DNA of 64,000 nt, from sequence record SRR31156797_878. One strand, written 5' to 3'. A model generated the notes under the pieces. That model ran no database searches. It had not been told where the DNA came from and was given only the letters and a program-made list of their open reading frames with translations. Position 1 is the first letter of the stretch. Each line of letters starts with the position of its first letter. Below, one piece after another: positions 10,205 to 19,960 of the stretch. Position numbers and translations under genes: made by a program.

Positions 10205-10430
10205 ACCTCACTTCGTTTAGTGTCATTGGCACTGCGTGCGTAATTTACCTCACTGCGTTCGGTATCATTGGCTTCACTGTGTTCAGCGTAATTGGCAATT
10301 CGTGCGTAATTTACCTCACTGCGTTCGGTGTCATTGGCTTCACTGCATTCAGCGTCATTGATCGTCATTTGTTGTCATTGCTGTCAAAGGTTGTCAATTG
10401 TTGTCTTAGTTATCATTGTTGTCATTTGTA
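10205..10430. repeat. Array of 11/17-nt mini-hairpins separated by a 7-nt RTMATTK spacer, trailing into GTTGTCATT-like tandems
   Basis: Seven hairpin units from 10205 to 10353 with 18/24-nt periodicity; includes a 66-bp near-duplicate (10229-10294 vs 10295-10360). Confidence 0.85.
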
Positions 10431-10454
10431 GCCACTAAGTTACCCAACCTCCCT

Positions 10455-10645
10455 CTTCGCCCAAGTCGCCTTTTTTGCCCCTTTCGCTTAAGTCGCCCAT
10501 TCGCTTCGTTCGCTAAAGTCTCTAAAGTCTCCCCATCGCTTAAGTCGCTAAAAACTCTAAAGTCTCCAAGGTCTCTAAAGTCGCCTCTACGCTAAAGTCA
10601 CCTACTTCGCCCCTTCGCTTAGTTCGCTTAAGTCTCCTCGTCCAC
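10455..10645. repeat. Degenerate tandem repeat with about 9-bp period (GTCKCYNAA-like)
   Basis: About 20 units such as gtcgctaaa, gtctctaaa, ttcgcttaa and gtctccaag. Confidence 0.75.
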
Positions 10646-10666
10646 CTCCAACCCCCAAACTTTTCC

Positions 10667-10674
10667 TATCTTTG
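10667..10674 (+). promoter_or_regulatory. -7 promoter element
   Basis: TATCTTTG 26 nt upstream of the SDR ATG. Confidence 0.6.
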
Positions 10675-10699
10675 CCCCGCTTAAATCGATTTATAAGAA

Positions 10700-11404
10700 A
10701 TGAACATTATTGTAACTGGAGCAAGTCGTGGTATAGGCCGCGCGCTCGTGCTAAAACTTGCTGATAATCAAAATCATAAAATCATAGCTATTTCCCGTAA
10801 CAAGGAAAAACTTAAACAACTTGAAGCAGAAGTCTATTCCATTTTTCCTGATTCAAAAATTTATTGTATTTCATTCGACCTTGCCTCTGATGGATATGCT
10901 TTCAATCTGTTGCCTGAAATTTTGAGGCATTTTGATCAAGTTGATATCCTGGTGAATAACGCCGGTATGCTGATCAAAAAGCCATTTGGCGAATTAACCG
11001 ATACAGATTTTGATGATTTGTTTAACGTAAATGTAAAATCAGTATTCCGTTTGTCAAGGGCTCTTTTGCCATATTTCAGTGAAAAATCTCATATTGTAAA
11101 TATCAGCAGCATGGGTGGTTTCCAGGGAAGTTCCAAATTTCCCGGCCTGGCGCTCTACAGCGCAGCCAAAGGTGCTGTTTCGGTACTGACTGAGGCCATG
11201 GCTGAGGAACTGAAGGATCGTGACATCAGCGTTAATTGCCTGGCATATGGTGCTGTAAAAACGGAAATGCTTGAAGAAGCTTTCCCGGGTTATGAACCAC
11301 CTTTGCAGGCTGAAGATATGGCTGAATATGCTGCCTGGTTTGCCATCAACGGACATAAATATTACAATGGGAAGGTCTTGCCCGTTTCCGTTTCAACACC
11401 ATAG
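10700..11404 (+). CDS. Short-chain dehydrogenase/reductase
   Basis: TGASRGIG, NNAG, YSAAK catalytic motif. Confidence 0.92.
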   Translation: MNIIVTGASRGIGRALVLKLADNQNHKIIAISRNKEKLKQLEAEVYSIFPDSKIYCISFDLASDGYAFNLLPEILRHFDQVDILVNNAGMLIKKPFGELTDTDFDDLFNVNVKSVFRLSRALLPYFSEKSHIVNISSMGGFQGSSKFPGLALYSAAKGAVSVLTEAMAEELKDRDISVNCLAYGAVKTEMLEEAFPGYEPPLQAEDMAEYAAWFAINGHKYYNGKVLPVSVSTP

Positions 11405-11413
11405 ATTGTTATC

Positions 11414-11875
11414 ATGCAGCAAGATGAACTGGTAAAACATGAAGGCGTGATTTCGGAAATCACAAGCGATCTGATCAGGGTGAGTATTGTTGCCCAATCG
11501 GCTTGTGCATCATGCCATGCAAAAGGTTTTTGTGGTGCCGCTGATCAGCAGGAAAAGGTGATTGATGTAAAAAATTCAGGAAGCGGAAATCAAAAAGTCG
11601 GCGATTTTGTTACAGTCACTATGAAGCGTAAACTTGGGAACAGAGCTGTACTTTATGGATACTTTTTACCATTTGTTATCCTGATGGTCACACTCATTGG
11701 TGCCTTGAGTGCTGTAAAGGATGAAGGCACTGCCGGTTTAATAGCTCTCGGGGTTTTGGTGCCCTACTACTTTGTATTGTACACGTTACGCGAAAAACTC
11801 AGGGCCGGTTTTGAATTTCACATTGAATCAAAAAAACCAACGACTAATTTTAACTTTAATATTACCGAAAAATGA
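11414..11875 (+). CDS. rseC: RseC/MucC family (SoxR-reducing system) membrane protein
   Basis: HEGVI...SACASCHAKGFCG cysteine motif plus two TM helices; lies near the rnf operon. Confidence 0.85.
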   Translation: MQQDELVKHEGVISEITSDLIRVSIVAQSACASCHAKGFCGAADQQEKVIDVKNSGSGNQKVGDFVTVTMKRKLGNRAVLYGYFLPFVILMVTLIGALSAVKDEGTAGLIALGVLVPYYFVLYTLREKLRAGFEFHIESKKPTTNFNFNITEK

Positions 11876-14217
11876 AACGTATTCTTGTATTTCTACTTAT
11901 CACTGCATTAACTACCGGAATGTCGGTAGGGCAGGAGTCTTCAAACCCTCCATTGGTGCGCAAGGCAGCATATTTTGATACCTCTCCGGCTTTACGGGAT
12001 ATGACCGTAATTGTGCCTGGTGAACGTAAACGCGCATGGAAAGATGGAATCATCAAAAATGAATCCCTGGAAATGGATTGGGAGTTTCCGGAAAAAGAGG
12101 GGAGTTACGATAAAATTCAATTACAACGAGGATCTGTAAAGTCGCGCGGCCCTGAAGTCAATTTCGAGGGCATTCCCAACGTAAATGGTGTTTATCCACC
12201 GGATACTGATGGAGATGTGGGCCCTGATCATTATTTCCAGATGATCAACCTTTCGTTTGCCATTTGGGATAAACAGGGAAACAAACTTTATGGACCTGCA
12301 GACAACAGCACGCTTTGGGGTGGGTTTATTGGCCCGTGGACGGGCACGAATGATGGCGATCCAATTATACTTTATGATGAGGATGCCGATCGCTGGGTGG
12401 CGTCACAGTTTGCCATTGAGCTTTCCAATGGGAAATCCTATGAATTGGTTGCAGTCTCCGCAACCGGTGATCCATTAGGCGAATGGCATCGATATGCGTT
12501 TGAGTTTGATCATTTTAATGATTACCCAAAAATGGGCGTTTGGCGTGATGCATACTATTGCACATTCAACTTTTTTGATGATGGATTTATAGGTGGTGGC
12601 GTTGCCGCTTTTGAGAGAGATAAAATGCTGGTAGGCAATCCGGACGCAAGTATGGTTTACTTCGGCCCTAATGATAACCCCTTACAGTACAGCCTGCAAC
12701 CTTCCGATTTTGACGGGCAGATGCCTCCCGAGGGCGCACCCAATTACGTTGCATCAATGAACATCTATGGCAATCAGCAATTGGAAATTTATGAATTTAG
12801 CGTTGATTGGGAAACCCCTTCCAACTCAACACTTATTCCAACCGTGAGCCTCGATCCGGGATATTTCAATCCTGAATTTAACGGGGGCATTGCACAGCCT
12901 GGCACCAACAACCGCCTGGCAACTTTGTCGCAAATGCTGATGTACCGATTGGCCTACCGAAATTTTGATACTTACGAAGTAATGGTTGCAAACCATACGG
13001 TAAACGTTGGCAGTAATCGTGCTGGAATTAAATGGTACGAACTACGCAAGGAAGGCGGTGGAGACTGGGAGATTTACCAGCAGGGTGTTTATGCTCCTGA
13101 TGATGGCCTTAGTCGTTGGATGGGCAGTATTGCCATGAATGCCGAAGGAACTATAGCCATTGGTTATTCGGTTTCCAGCAGCAGTCATTCTCCATCCATC
13201 CGCTACACCGGAAGACCGGCAAACGCTCCGTTGGGCGAAATGACCTACGATGAAGTTGAAGCGGTAACAGGTACCGGAAACCAAAGCAATATCAACCGGT
13301 GGGGTGATTATGCCAACCTGGATGTTGACCCGGTAGATGATACTACATTCTGGTTCACCACCGAATATGTGAATAATGCCTGGAAAACCAGGGCTTTTTC
13401 ATTTAATTTCGCCCCGCTGGTTCCACCCACGGTATTTGCCGGCGAAGATGGTGCCGTTTGTCAGGACACAGTTTGGGTTGCAGAAGGTGAAGCCACTTAT
13501 GCTAAATCTCATATGTGGACAAGTTCAGGAGACGGTATCCTTCCTAACCCACAAAATTTAAGGGTGGTTTATTTCCGTGGCCCTCAGGATTTGGAGAATG
13601 GTGGATTCTGGCTCAAACTTACGGTTGATGGCTACGAACCGGGCGTTCAGGTATCCGACAGTATTTATGTGGCCATTACCTATACTCCGGATGTGGACGC
13701 AGGAAACGACACAATAATTCATGCAAGTTCGGTTTTCCAAACTAACGCATTTGTTGAAAATTACGCATCCCTGGAATGGGCTACGTCAGGAGATGGAGCT
13801 TTCGCAAATCCAACTGCCATGAACACACAATATACGCCCGGGCAACAGGATATCGATAATGGTGAAGTAATGTTGACACTTTTTGCAGCACCCAACGATC
13901 CCTGCTCCTTTGGCGATGATGATGCTGTAACCGTTGAACTGGATCCAACACTGGGCATAAATAGTCTGAGCTCATCAGCAGATTTCGAAATCAAGCCCAA
14001 TCCCACGGAAGGACAGTTTACCATTTCGCTGGAAGATATCAGCCAGTCCGCTACGCTACAGATCATTAATTCGGCAGGTGATGCAATTTTCACGGAGAAA
14101 ATTTCTGGCAACAATTATAAAAGAAATTTCGATTTCAGATATCAGCCCAAAGGGATTTATATTGTTCAGATTCAATCCGGAAACTCGGTAAAAACTGAAA
14201 AAGTGATTATTCAGTAA
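11872..14217 (+). CDS. Secreted T9SS cargo protein (uncharacterised N-terminal domain, two Ig/PKD-like repeats, CTD)
   Basis: Signal peptide; two xAG.D...W.xSGDG repeats; C-terminal IKPNPTEG...GIYIVQI...EKVIIQ. Confidence 0.8.
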   Translation: MKRILVFLLITALTTGMSVGQESSNPPLVRKAAYFDTSPALRDMTVIVPGERKRAWKDGIIKNESLEMDWEFPEKEGSYDKIQLQRGSVKSRGPEVNFEGIPNVNGVYPPDTDGDVGPDHYFQMINLSFAIWDKQGNKLYGPADNSTLWGGFIGPWTGTNDGDPIILYDEDADRWVASQFAIELSNGKSYELVAVSATGDPLGEWHRYAFEFDHFNDYPKMGVWRDAYYCTFNFFDDGFIGGGVAAFERDKMLVGNPDASMVYFGPNDNPLQYSLQPSDFDGQMPPEGAPNYVASMNIYGNQQLEIYEFSVDWETPSNSTLIPTVSLDPGYFNPEFNGGIAQPGTNNRLATLSQMLMYRLAYRNFDTYEVMVANHTVNVGSNRAGIKWYELRKEGGGDWEIYQQGVYAPDDGLSRWMGSIAMNAEGTIAIGYSVSSSSHSPSIRYTGRPANAPLGEMTYDEVEAVTGTGNQSNINRWGDYANLDVDPVDDTTFWFTTEYVNNAWKTRAFSFNFAPLVPPTVFAGEDGAVCQDTVWVAEGEATYAKSHMWTSSGDGILPNPQNLRVVYFRGPQDLENGGFWLKLTVDGYEPGVQVSDSIYVAITYTPDVDAGNDTIIHASSVFQTNAFVENYASLEWATSGDGAFANPTAMNTQYTPGQQDIDNGEVMLTLFAAPNDPCSFGDDDAVTVELDPTLGINSLSSSADFEIKPNPTEGQFTISLEDISQSATLQIINSAGDAIFTEKISGNNYKRNFDFRYQPKGIYIVQIQSGNSVKTEKVIIQ

Positions 14218-14235
14218 ATTTATTTTTTAAGGAAT

Positions 14236-14267
14236 AAAAAGCCCGGCCATGAATGACCGGGTTTTTT
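14236..14267. terminator. Bidirectional intrinsic terminator
   Basis: AAAAA-GCCCGGCCAT-ga-ATGACCGGGT-TTTTT between convergent genes. Confidence 0.8.
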
Positions 14268-14360
14268 ATTGGAGCCTTTTTAAATTTTGATTCAGGTTTT
14301 TTCCGGATGTATTACGGTTATAGAATCCATTATTTCAACATACTTGAATCAGATAGCTGG

Positions 14361-14969
14361 TCATTTCTGCTTGTTTGCAGGCATTTCAGCTTTATTCGAA
14401 TTTAACACAATATTAAGGCCAATTATACCCGGGAAAAATATCCGCTCATTTTTAATATCATAAAATGCACCAATGCCCAGGTGAGGATAGAGATTTTTCT
14501 TTGCAAAAAGGCCCTGCATATAATTTAACCCTACTGTAGTTGTTGTTTGTCCGCTTCCGCTAATGAAAGTCTGGGTCGAAATTTGAGCCGACAGTGCAAA
14601 TGGGAATTTTGTTTCAGGTAAGAAATTGCGTAATATGGAACCGCCAAATCCCAGAAGTGAATTTCCACTGATGTTTGCAAAAGTCAGGCCCAAGGCAAAC
14701 CGAACCGGCATTCCCGGCATATCAGGCTTACTGATCAGCCCTATTCCTGCAATTCCATAGGTTTCATCTGCAACATGCCCGATACCTGCACTCAAGGTGA
14801 CACTCTTATTTATATAGGCGGTAACTGCTTGAGCGTGGCTTCCGTTTTCCTGATTTTCGAAGGTTTGGATATGTGATAAAGCAAACCCATTTTGATTTAA
14901 AAACAGTTCTTCCTGACAAGTACCAAATATTGGAAAGATGAGCAGAAGCAATAATAAATCTTTTTTCAT
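14361..14969 (-). CDS. Hypothetical exported protein, possibly a small outer-membrane beta-barrel
   Basis: Signal peptide MKKDLLLLLLIFPIFG; alternating beta-strand pattern; TACTTTTG on the minus strand at 15003-15010. Confidence 0.6.
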   Translation of the reverse strand: MKKDLLLLLLIFPIFGTCQEELFLNQNGFALSHIQTFENQENGSHAQAVTAYINKSVTLSAGIGHVADETYGIAGIGLISKPDMPGMPVRFALGLTFANISGNSLLGFGGSILRNFLPETKFPFALSAQISTQTFISGSGQTTTTVGLNYMQGLFAKKNLYPHLGIGAFYDIKNERIFFPGIIGLNIVLNSNKAEMPANKQK

Positions 14970-15298
14970 TTTTGCGTAGGGATAAAATTCATAACTCGTT
15001 TTCAAAAGTAGGTTTTTATCAAGAAAAATATTTGGCCGACGATTCCTGTGTGAAACATTTTGGGTTTGAGATTCAAATCATTGATCTGAAAAACAGCATA
15101 TTTTTGTATCATGAATTTATGGTAATCAAACCAAAATTTAGAGGCCTTCTAAATTGCATTGTAACTGTTTAGTAATTAACAGTTTGTCTTATCACCACCC
15201 CTGATTACCTGCAATATGCTTACCTAACTTACTGGCTAACAGCTGTTTTAATTCATTTTAAATTAGGCACCAAAGGTGTGATTTTTAACATTTGTTTA

Positions 15299-15306
15299 TA
15301 ATTTTG
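15299..15306 (+). promoter_or_regulatory. -7 element for the rnf operon
   Basis: TAATTTTG about 95 nt upstream of rnfB. Confidence 0.5.
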
Positions 15307-15401
15307 CCCAAATTGTAGTGCATGGTAAGTTAATGCTGACAGAATCAGGCACTTCAGGAAGAAGAAAATATAATTCCGACAATCATAAAAAGGAGAAAAT
15401 T

Positions 15402-16349
15402 GTGAATGATGTAATGATTTATGCAGTGATATCGCTAAGCGCCATTGGCGTAGCGGCTGCTGTCATCCTTTATTTTGTTGCGCAAAAATTTAAAGTGGTT
15501 GAAGATCCCCGGATCGATGCGGTTGAGGAAGCCGCCCCCGGAGCCAATTGTGGTGGCTGTGGGTACGCCGGCTGCCGGGCTTTTGCCGAAGCCATTGTAA
15601 AAGGTGGTTCACTGGAAGGGTTTAATTGTCCGGTTGGTGGAAACACTACCATGTCGGACATTGCTAAAATTATGGGATTGGAGGTAGAAGAAAAAGAGCC
15701 GATGATCGCTGTTCTAAGATGTTTTGGATCGCGTGAAAACGCACCGCAAAAGATCAAATACGAAGGTGCGACAACCTGCGGATTTGCACATGGTCTTTAT
15801 TCCGGAGAAAGCGGTTGTCCATACGGATGCCTTGGTTTGGGCGATTGTGTAGAGGTTTGTGATTTTGATGCGCTCTATATGGATGAAAAAACCGGACTCC
15901 CGGTAGTAGTGGCCGATAAATGTGTTGCCTGTGGAGCTTGCGTTACCCAATGTCCCCGTAATATTTTCGAGCTCCGTCCAAAGGGCAAAAAAGACCGCCG
16001 CATTCATGTAGCTTGTATAAATAAGGAAAAAGGGGCGCCAGCCAAAAAGAACTGCAGTGTAGCCTGTATCGGTTGCGGAAAGTGCGTTAAGGTTTGTCCG
16101 TTTGATGCCATTACACTCAAGGATAACTTGGCTTATATCGATTATGAGAAATGCAAGCTGTGCCGGAAATGTGTTCCGGAGTGCCCGACAAATGCTATCC
16201 ACGAGCTGAATTTCCCGCCGAGGAAACCCAGGCCGGAAAAAAAAGCTGATGCTCCCAAAAAACCCGCTCCAACGCCGGAAAAGCCAACACAACCCGTCGC
16301 CGAAAAACCCAAGGAGCCTGTAGCAACAGAAACAAAAGAAAATAATTAG
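15402..16349 (+). CDS. rnfB: Rnf complex subunit B
   Basis: N-terminal TM; PGANCGGCGYAGC; several CxxCxxCxxxCP ferredoxin motifs; GTG 15402 preceded by AGGAG (ATG 15414 is an alternative). Confidence 0.93.
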   Translation: MNDVMIYAVISLSAIGVAAAVILYFVAQKFKVVEDPRIDAVEEAAPGANCGGCGYAGCRAFAEAIVKGGSLEGFNCPVGGNTTMSDIAKIMGLEVEEKEPMIAVLRCFGSRENAPQKIKYEGATTCGFAHGLYSGESGCPYGCLGLGDCVEVCDFDALYMDEKTGLPVVVADKCVACGACVTQCPRNIFELRPKGKKDRRIHVACINKEKGAPAKKNCSVACIGCGKCVKVCPFDAITLKDNLAYIDYEKCKLCRKCVPECPTNAIHELNFPPRKPRPEKKADAPKKPAPTPEKPTQPVAEKPKEPVATETKENN

Positions 16350-16376
16350 TGATTACAGATTTCAATATATAACGCA

Positions 16377-17714
16377 ATGATATTGAAAACATTCAAGCTC
16401 GGGGGCGTTCATCCTCCGGAAAATAAATTCTCAGCCAATGCGGCTATTGAGCCGTTACCTTTTCCAAAACGTATTGCTGTGCCTGTTTCCCAGCACCTGG
16501 GAGCGCCATCCAACGTTTTGGTTAAGCGAGGAGATGAGGTAAAAACCGGACAGCTTTTAGCTAAAAGTTCAGGTTTTATTTCAGCAAATATCCATTCTCC
16601 CGTTACCGGGAAAGTTTTCAAGATCGATAATGTGATGGATCAGTCGGGGTACAAACGTACCGCCGTAATCATCGATACCAGCGAAGACGACTGGGAAGAA
16701 GGTATTGATACTTCTGCTGACATCATCAGAGAAATCACATTGTCGAAACAGGAAATCATTCAGCGCATCAACGATATGGGTATCGTAGGGCTTGGCGGTG
16801 CCACTTTCCCAACCCATGTAAAAATGATGGTTCCTGATGGGAAAAAGGCTGAATACCTGATCATCAATGGCGTAGAATGTGAGCCATACCTGACTTCCGA
16901 TCACAGATTGATGCTGGAGAAAGGCGAAGAGATGCTCATCGGGACAAAAATTCTGATGAAAGCACTTGGCGTGGATAAGGCCATGATCGGCATCGAAAAC
17001 AATAAGCCTGATGCTATTAGCCATCTCACTGAGTTGTGTAAAAAATTTGATGGAATTACAGTCCATGCCCTCAAAGTGAAATATCCACAGGGTGGCGAAA
17101 AACAATTGATCAAAGCGCTCACCGGTCGTGAGGTTCCTTCAGGCAAACTACCTATCGAAACAGGTTGTGTGGTGGATAATGTGGGAACGGCTTATGCTGT
17201 TTATGAAGCAGTTCAAAAGAACAAACCACTCATTGAGCGGGTGGTTACAGTAACAGGAAAGGCTGCCAAAAAGCCTTCAAACTTTATGGTAAGGGTTGGA
17301 ACACCAATCTCAGATTTGATTGAAAAAGCTGGAGGAGTTCCCGAAAATCTTGGGAAAGTCATTGGTGGTGGGCCCATGATGGGTAAAGCACTTATGTCAG
17401 TTGATGCACCTATTGTAAAAGGTTCTTCCGGCATTTTGCTCATCCCCGAAGAGGAATCTCACCGTTTGGCAACAAAAGCATGTATACGCTGTGGCCGCTG
17501 TATTTCTGTTTGCCCGATGGGGCTTGAACCATTCTTACTGGCCCAGGAAGTAAAGCACGAGATTTGGGAGCGTGCTGAAAATGACAAGATCATGGATTGC
17601 ATCGAGTGTGGTTCGTGTCATTATACCTGCCCTTCAAGCCGCCCGCTACTTGATTTTATCAGGCTCGGCAAAACTAAAGTTGGTCAAATTATCAGAACGA
17701 GAGGAAAAAACTAA
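16377..17714 (+). CDS. rnfC: Rnf complex subunit C
   Basis: GGVHP, GIVGLGGATFP, ECEPYLT.D, GGPMMG and two 4Fe-4S motifs. Confidence 0.95.
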   Translation: MILKTFKLGGVHPPENKFSANAAIEPLPFPKRIAVPVSQHLGAPSNVLVKRGDEVKTGQLLAKSSGFISANIHSPVTGKVFKIDNVMDQSGYKRTAVIIDTSEDDWEEGIDTSADIIREITLSKQEIIQRINDMGIVGLGGATFPTHVKMMVPDGKKAEYLIINGVECEPYLTSDHRLMLEKGEEMLIGTKILMKALGVDKAMIGIENNKPDAISHLTELCKKFDGITVHALKVKYPQGGEKQLIKALTGREVPSGKLPIETGCVVDNVGTAYAVYEAVQKNKPLIERVVTVTGKAAKKPSNFMVRVGTPISDLIEKAGGVPENLGKVIGGGPMMGKALMSVDAPIVKGSSGILLIPEEESHRLATKACIRCGRCISVCPMGLEPFLLAQEVKHEIWERAENDKIMDCIECGSCHYTCPSSRPLLDFIRLGKTKVGQIIRTRGKN

Positions 17715-17717
17715 GCT

Positions 17718-18731
17718 ATGGATAAACTACTTACGATATCGGGATCACCGCATGTCCATACCAACGAATCGGTTCGGAAGATCATGTACACTGTTTTTTA
17801 CGCCATGCTTCCGGCCATGCTGGTTTCATTTTACTTTTTTGGATTGGATGCGGTGCGCGTGATGGCAATTTCAGTAACAGCCTGCGTGTTGGTTGAATAC
17901 CTGATTCAGCGTTACATGATCAAAGGCGACCTGACCATTAACGATGGATCTGCAATTGTTACCGGTGTACTACTGGCTTTTAACGTGCCGACAAACCTTC
18001 CAACATTTATCATTATTATTGGAGCTATTGTTTCAATTGGTATTGCTAAGATGGCATTTGGCGGCTTGGGCAAAAACCCGTTTAACCCGGCATTGGTCGG
18101 GCGGGTGTTTTTGCTGATTTCGTTTCCGGTTCAGATGACCAGCTGGCCCATACCAAAACCCAATTTCCCCACAGCTTTGGCGGACGTAATAACCGGACCA
18201 ACGCCACTTGGGATACTTAAGGAGGGCGTAGGAGCTGGCCAGACCGTACAACAGGTAATGTCATCATCTGATATGCCAAGCTACATCGACTTTTTAATCG
18301 GGTTCCAGGGCGGCTCAATGGGTGAAATGTCAGCCATTGCTTTGTTGCTTGGTGCCCTATTCATGTTCTTCCGCAAGGTGATCACCTGGCATATTCCTGT
18401 TGCTTATCTGGTGTCATCCATTGGTTTTGCGACTATCATGTGGCTAATCGATCCCACATATTATGTAAATCCGCTCTTCCACCTGGTTACCGGTGGTTTA
18501 ATACTTGGAATATTCTACATGGCCACAGACATGGTTAGTTCGCCCATGTCGGCAAAGGGGCAGATTGTTTATGGTGTCGGGTGTGGTGTAATTACGATGG
18601 TAATTCGTTTTTGGGGGGGGTATCCCGAAGGGGTTTCATTCGCCATACTGATAATGAACGCGTTTGCACCACTGATAAACAATGCATTTAAGCCCCAGCG
18701 GTTTGGACAAATAAAAGCTGTAAAAGCATAG
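17718..18731 (+). CDS. rnfD: Rnf complex subunit D
   Basis: SPH, FGGLGKNPFNPA, FMN-Thr motif ITGPTP, YMATD, YPEGV. Confidence 0.95.
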   Translation: MDKLLTISGSPHVHTNESVRKIMYTVFYAMLPAMLVSFYFFGLDAVRVMAISVTACVLVEYLIQRYMIKGDLTINDGSAIVTGVLLAFNVPTNLPTFIIIIGAIVSIGIAKMAFGGLGKNPFNPALVGRVFLLISFPVQMTSWPIPKPNFPTALADVITGPTPLGILKEGVGAGQTVQQVMSSSDMPSYIDFLIGFQGGSMGEMSAIALLLGALFMFFRKVITWHIPVAYLVSSIGFATIMWLIDPTYYVNPLFHLVTGGLILGIFYMATDMVSSPMSAKGQIVYGVGCGVITMVIRFWGGYPEGVSFAILIMNAFAPLINNAFKPQRFGQIKAVKA

Positions 18732-18779
18732 ATTATCCTACTAATAAACAAAAATATCGAATTTAAGATATAAGGTGCT

Positions 18780-19355
18780 ATGGCAAAAAAAGAATCAACT
18801 TTTACAAATATGTTGCTAACCCTGCTGATTGTTACAGCGATTTCTTCACTGGCAGCCAGTGGTGTTTACAACCTTACCAAAGGGCCCATCGCCGAGGTTA
18901 AAAGGCTCAAACAGGAAAAGGCCATCAATGAAGTAATGCCAGGGTTTTCGGAGCTTGAGCGCGATGCTGAAATTCCTGTTGGAGGCGGCGATTCATTGGT
19001 GTTTTTCAAGGGAATCAATGATGGGAAAAACATCGGTGTGGCTGTGAATACATACACCAATCTGGGATATAGCGGCTTGATTAAATTGATGGTTGGATTC
19101 CAGGAAGATGGCACTATTAACAATTATGAGGTGCTTGAACATAAGGAAACACCCGGCCTTGGAACCAAGATGACAGAACCAGGATTTAAAGATCAGTTTA
19201 AAGGTAAAAATCCTGCCACATTTAAATTAAAGGTTGTTAAAGATGGTGGGGATGTGGATGCCATTACTGCCGCAACAATTACTTCAAGAGCTGTCTGTGA
19301 TGCTATTGATCGTGCATACATTACTTACGAGGAAATGAAAAAGGAAAACAAATAG
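18780..19355 (+). CDS. rnfG: Rnf complex subunit G
   Basis: HKETPGLG and [13 protein letters not shown]-binding motif. Confidence 0.95.
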   Translation: MAKKESTFTNMLLTLLIVTAISSLAASGVYNLTKGPIAEVKRLKQEKAINEVMPGFSELERDAEIPVGGGDSLVFFKGINDGKNIGVAVNTYTNLGYSGLIKLMVGFQEDGTINNYEVLEHKETPGLGTKMTEPGFKDQFKGKNPATFKLKVVKDGGDVDAITAATITSRAVCDAIDRAYITYEEMKKENK

Positions 19356-19365
19356 GAGGGGAGCC

Positions 19366-19950
19366 ATGAGTCAAATGCAAAATTTTACCAAAGGATTTAT
19401 TAAAGAAAATGCAGTATTTGTGATGCTGTTGGGGATGTGCCCTGCACTGGCGGTAACGAGTTCAGCTTTTAACGGGCTGGGCATGGGCCTGGCAACCACC
19501 TTTGTGCTGGTGATGTCGAACATCGTGATTTCACTCATCAAAAACCTCGTGCCCAGTAAGGTGCGTATCCCAACTTTTATTGTTGTAATCGCTTCGTTTG
19601 TTACCATCGTCGATCTGATAATGGCCGGGTATGCACCTGCACTCCACGAACAGCTTGGTATATTTATTCCGCTTATCGTGGTTAACTGCCTTGTGTTGGG
19701 CCGTGCTGAAGCCTTCGCATCAAAAAACAATATTGGTTCATCCATCTTGGATGGTTTAGGTATGGGACTTGGATTTGCCATGGCACTCACCATGCTGGGA
19801 GCCATCCGTGAGATATTGGGAAACCTTTCCATCTTCGGGTTCAAATTTGCTCCGGGCGATGGCATTCTTGTGTTCATCCTTTCACCGGGTGCTTTTATTG
19901 CACTGGGTTTCTTAATTGCCTTTATTAACAGAGTTTCTAAAAAAGCATAA
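19366..19950 (+). CDS. rnfE: Rnf complex subunit E
   Basis: [10 protein letters not shown] and [13 protein letters not shown]. Confidence 0.95.
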   Translation: MSQMQNFTKGFIKENAVFVMLLGMCPALAVTSSAFNGLGMGLATTFVLVMSNIVISLIKNLVPSKVRIPTFIVVIASFVTIVDLIMAGYAPALHEQLGIFIPLIVVNCLVLGRAEAFASKNNIGSSILDGLGMGLGFAMALTMLGAIREILGNLSIFGFKFAPGDGILVFILSPGAFIALGFLIAFINRVSKKA

Positions 19951-19960
19951 GGGAGAAGCT

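Noticed and set aside
10205-10360. Possible CRISPR array
   Set aside because: The constant part is only 7 nt, the intervening units are homologous to each other, and no cas genes are present.
10003-10368. 121-aa minus-strand ORF with NDTERSEVN repeats
   Set aside because: It is a translation of the DNA repeat array and overlaps a real plus-strand gene.
15318-15401. N-terminal extension of RnfB given in the ORF track
   Set aside because: Hydrophilic and unlike RnfB; an SD-like AGGAG precedes GTG 15402.
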